Part shown: piece by piece, positions 61,377 to 64,000 of the stretch
How positions within the stretch are numbered: position 1 is the first letter of the stretch
Layout: each line of letters begins with the position of its first letter
Assembly: GCA_043228905.1 (NCBI GenBank)
Contig: JBHGNT010000041.1
Coordinates: 62,001 to 126,000, forward strand
DNA: 64,000 nt
Source of the DNA: Azolla caroliniana
Taxonomy: Eukaryota; Plantae; Polypodiophyta
Direction of reading: 5' to 3'
Notes under the pieces: model-generated
Databases searched by the model: none
The model's input: the letters and a program-made list of their open reading frames with translations, nothing else
Told to the model about the DNA's origin: nothing
Position numbers and translations under genes: made by a program

Positions 61377-63541
61377 TCATGACAGGTCGATCTCGACGTT
61401 ATCGACCTTCACTCTAACATTCGGGCACGCCCCATGCAGCTCCTCCGTGGCGCGGGTCGCCGCGCATATCTTCCAACCACGTTTCGTATTAATCAGTCAC
61501 TTACCCTTCTTATAGAAGTCCCTCGACATCAAGTTAATTTCTGATCTGTGGTTGATTAATACTACCACAGCTCCTGCACATCACCGATCTGAACCGGCGT
61601 CTCTATAGTGGCCCTCGCCTAGTGTGCTTCATGTAGTGGTTGTCGGCATATTCATCTTCTACTACCACTTCATCTCCTAGTGTGCTTGATGTAGTGGATG
61701 TCGTCATATTCATCGTCTACTACCACTTCATCAGTCAACGTTGACCTCACCTCGACCGCTTTTCTGCCTCTGGCTCTATCGAGAGTTGCTTCCTCTTCAC
61801 CAACTCGATGATGATGTTATGGAACTCCTTCTTTGTTATCGCTAATACTTCTCGCATCGTGAGTTCCACCCGACTGTCAAGGATCTGCTCCTCTAAGACC
61901 TTCCCTAGGTCTATCGACTTTTTGATTTCCGAGCTGAATCGGAAGCTTGGAAACTTCCCCTTTTCCTTCTCTTGTCGGCCAGCCGAACCGACGTGCTCCT
62001 TCCTCGGCCCGTTCCGAGTCTTGTACTGGCTTGAAGGGCCAACCCCTCTGGCCTTCTTAACATGCTTGTCTTCGACAAAACCTCGTAGTTCTGGCACATA
62101 GCCTCCATGAAACCGATCTTTTCTTCTACCGGATCATCCCACCCGGTAGCCTTATGGACCGCCTCTCTGCGCAATTTGCCTCTTCCTTCCTTAGCCTCAG
62201 CCCTAGTAAGCCCTCAAGTACAAGCGGCCAGAATCCGGCATTGTTTCTGGAACCGATGCCCTCTCTCCGCCTACCCAGATCCCTACCAACACTAAGGAAT
62301 GAATCGCCTCGGCGTTTCGGGCCACAACTTCCTCCGTTAACCTTTTCATTCCCCATTTACCAGTGTTCCGCTCGAGGGGTTTTCGGGTCTCGCTTGCGTG
62401 TACCCAGCCATTCCATAGGTACACGACATTGTTTTGTAGCATCTCGGCGAACTCGACGCAGTCCCTCTGCATGTGGTTGACACCGTCACATCACATGCAG
62501 TTATAGTCATTCAGAGGCCACTGGTCACGTAAATGACCCCCGCCATCCCTTCGAGCTTGAGTGATCTGGAGATCGCGCACCATTTTCGTCAACTCTTCCA
62601 GAGCTACACCCCCTGATGGTTCCTCAGTCGGAACCGGACCCGACTTGAGCCCTATTCTCATCTCGTCTGACCAAGTCGGGATCTACTCTGACCTCTTCCC
62701 GACTATCGACGACCCCGCATCGTTCCATTTGTGCCATTTGTCGAAACGGCTACAAACCGTTTTGACCACGGCCTAATCGACTGTGAGCCCTTCATCTATC
62801 TCCAAGAGGAGACCAACCTTCTCTCGATCAAGTCGATCAACCGACTTGATAAATAATAGGACCTTGCTTGTATCTAGCATGGTCCAATCTAACACTGAGA
62901 GTTGAGCAAAACATTTTTCAAACTCTTGGAGGAGCACCAATGTATTCCTCCCTTTTCTGATGCTCTCAACCCACTCCATGAACTCCCTCTTCGACAACCA
63001 GAGCGAGTCGTCGAAGCCGTACCTTTCGAGGAGCCGTCCCTCGAACTCTGACCAGACCCGACAATCAACTTGAACCTCGAGCACTTCGGGGTGGATGCTT
63101 GGTGTGACGACTCACGGGAATCCGAACAGTCGTTTGTCCGATGGGAATTCCCACATCAGCACTTTGGCCCTATTCTCGTCTCTTCACATCTTTACCATTA
63201 AATTGGCCTATCGTCCCGTCTATCGTGTCGTCTATCATTTCGATGGCCCTATCGAGGCCACCTGCGATTTCCCGAGCATTCACCAAGGGATCGACAGTCA
63301 CTGCCATTGCTTCCGCAAGCTCATTCCCCTCATTTTAAACTCCTTTGCCGCCACTTTCACGTCGGGTTCACCAAAGATGTCACGGATTTCCGTGTGTGTG
63401 TCACTACCTAGTACTTATTAGTCCTAGAATATTTACAATGTTTTATGTAGATATAAGGCCTCGTTCGTGTGCATCCTTGCACACCCCCGTTCACGAGCAT
63501 CCGACTCCCTTTTCCCCTTATGGTTAGAAATCTTCACGACA

Positions 63542-63715
63542 ACATGTGGTTCTCATGCAAGGAATCCATCTCGTCTTGCATGGCGCTCAACCACTTTCGA
63601 CTGTGTGTATCCCTTTTTGCTTCCTCGAAGCTTTCTAGCTCCCCCTCATAAGTTAAGAGAACATGTTCTTCATCCGGAAATCTATGGCGAGCTCTTCTCT
63701 CTCTCAAAGGGTATT
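63542..63715 (-). pseudogene. Copia family A fragment (INT-RT linker and RT start)
   Basis: Homologous to 42330-42500 (KWLSAMQDEMDSLHENH). Confidence 0.75.
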
Positions 63716-63723
63716 GTTAATAA

Positions 63724-64000
63724 TGTTGGATAACATGTCCCTCCAGATGGGAAGAGAATGAGCCGAATCGATGGGTGTGTTCTCGAAAACCGAAATTGAG
63801 CATCGATTATGACCGATTCGAGGGGTTATAATTGTAAATAGCTTGAATGTACCCCTTGTGGGCTACATTTGTAAATAGCCCGAAAGTTGTTTTAGTATAT
63901 AAGCAACTAGGGCAAACTTTATAGAAAAGAAGAAAGAGTTGAATCATTGTTGTATAGTTATATAGAAGGTAGTTGCCTTTGTAACTAGTGAGAGTGAGAG
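63724..64000 (+). repeat. Start of a family A-like LTR, runs off the window
   Basis: tgttgg start; shares ttgtaaatagcc and tagggcaaact motifs with the LTRs at 35518 and 39351. Confidence 0.6.

Larger units (their letters stand above)
50454..61384 (-). mobile_element. Full-length family E chromovirus (E2) with nested copia D
   Basis: LTRs 50454-50893 and 60940-61384; TSD ggtcg/ggtcg. Gag about 59713-60869; pol 59063-59716 plus 50900-53873; chromodomain at 51037-51200. Confidence 0.93.
49802..63541 (-). mobile_element. Relative of the Trp-primed gypsy with gag-PR and start of pol, degenerate, interrupted by E2 (50454-61384)
   Basis: Short LTR about 63378-63541 beginning tgtcgtgaag on the minus strand; Trp PBS at 63357-63373. 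Gag/PR fragments 61385-63300 and 50250-50453 are homologous to 6531-8579. Pol-start-like ORF 49768-49962. Confidence 0.8.

Overview
Eukaryotic heterochromatic window with no host protein-coding gene. The TE families and the CG/CHG-type decay suggest a non-seed land plant, probably a fern (inference). It is a stack of nested LTR retrotransposons: three Ty1/copia families; Tcn1/Tf1-like chromoviruses; a second chromovirus; an Athila/Tat-like gypsy; and a tRNA-Trp-primed gypsy lineage with 4-bp TSDs. It also holds a Penelope-like retroelement with no visible endonuclease and a tandem satellite built around about 14 tRNA-Lys(CUU) copies. Most insertions can be ordered from LTR termini, PBS/PPT and TSDs. 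Highlights: (1) three unrelated gypsy LTR families each carry an antisense tRNA-like Pol III A-box/B-box cassette in U3, like Cassandra but tRNA- rather than 5S-derived; (2) the tRNA-Lys satellite has intact cloverleafs, internally deleted mini-tRNAs and a captured coding-like fragment; (3) Tf1-type self-priming PBS in two chromovirus families; (4) a gag-protease-only non-autonomous element; (5) an EN-less Penelope-like element; (6) a possible ~23-kb inversion. Coordinates were read by eye and may be off by a few bases.
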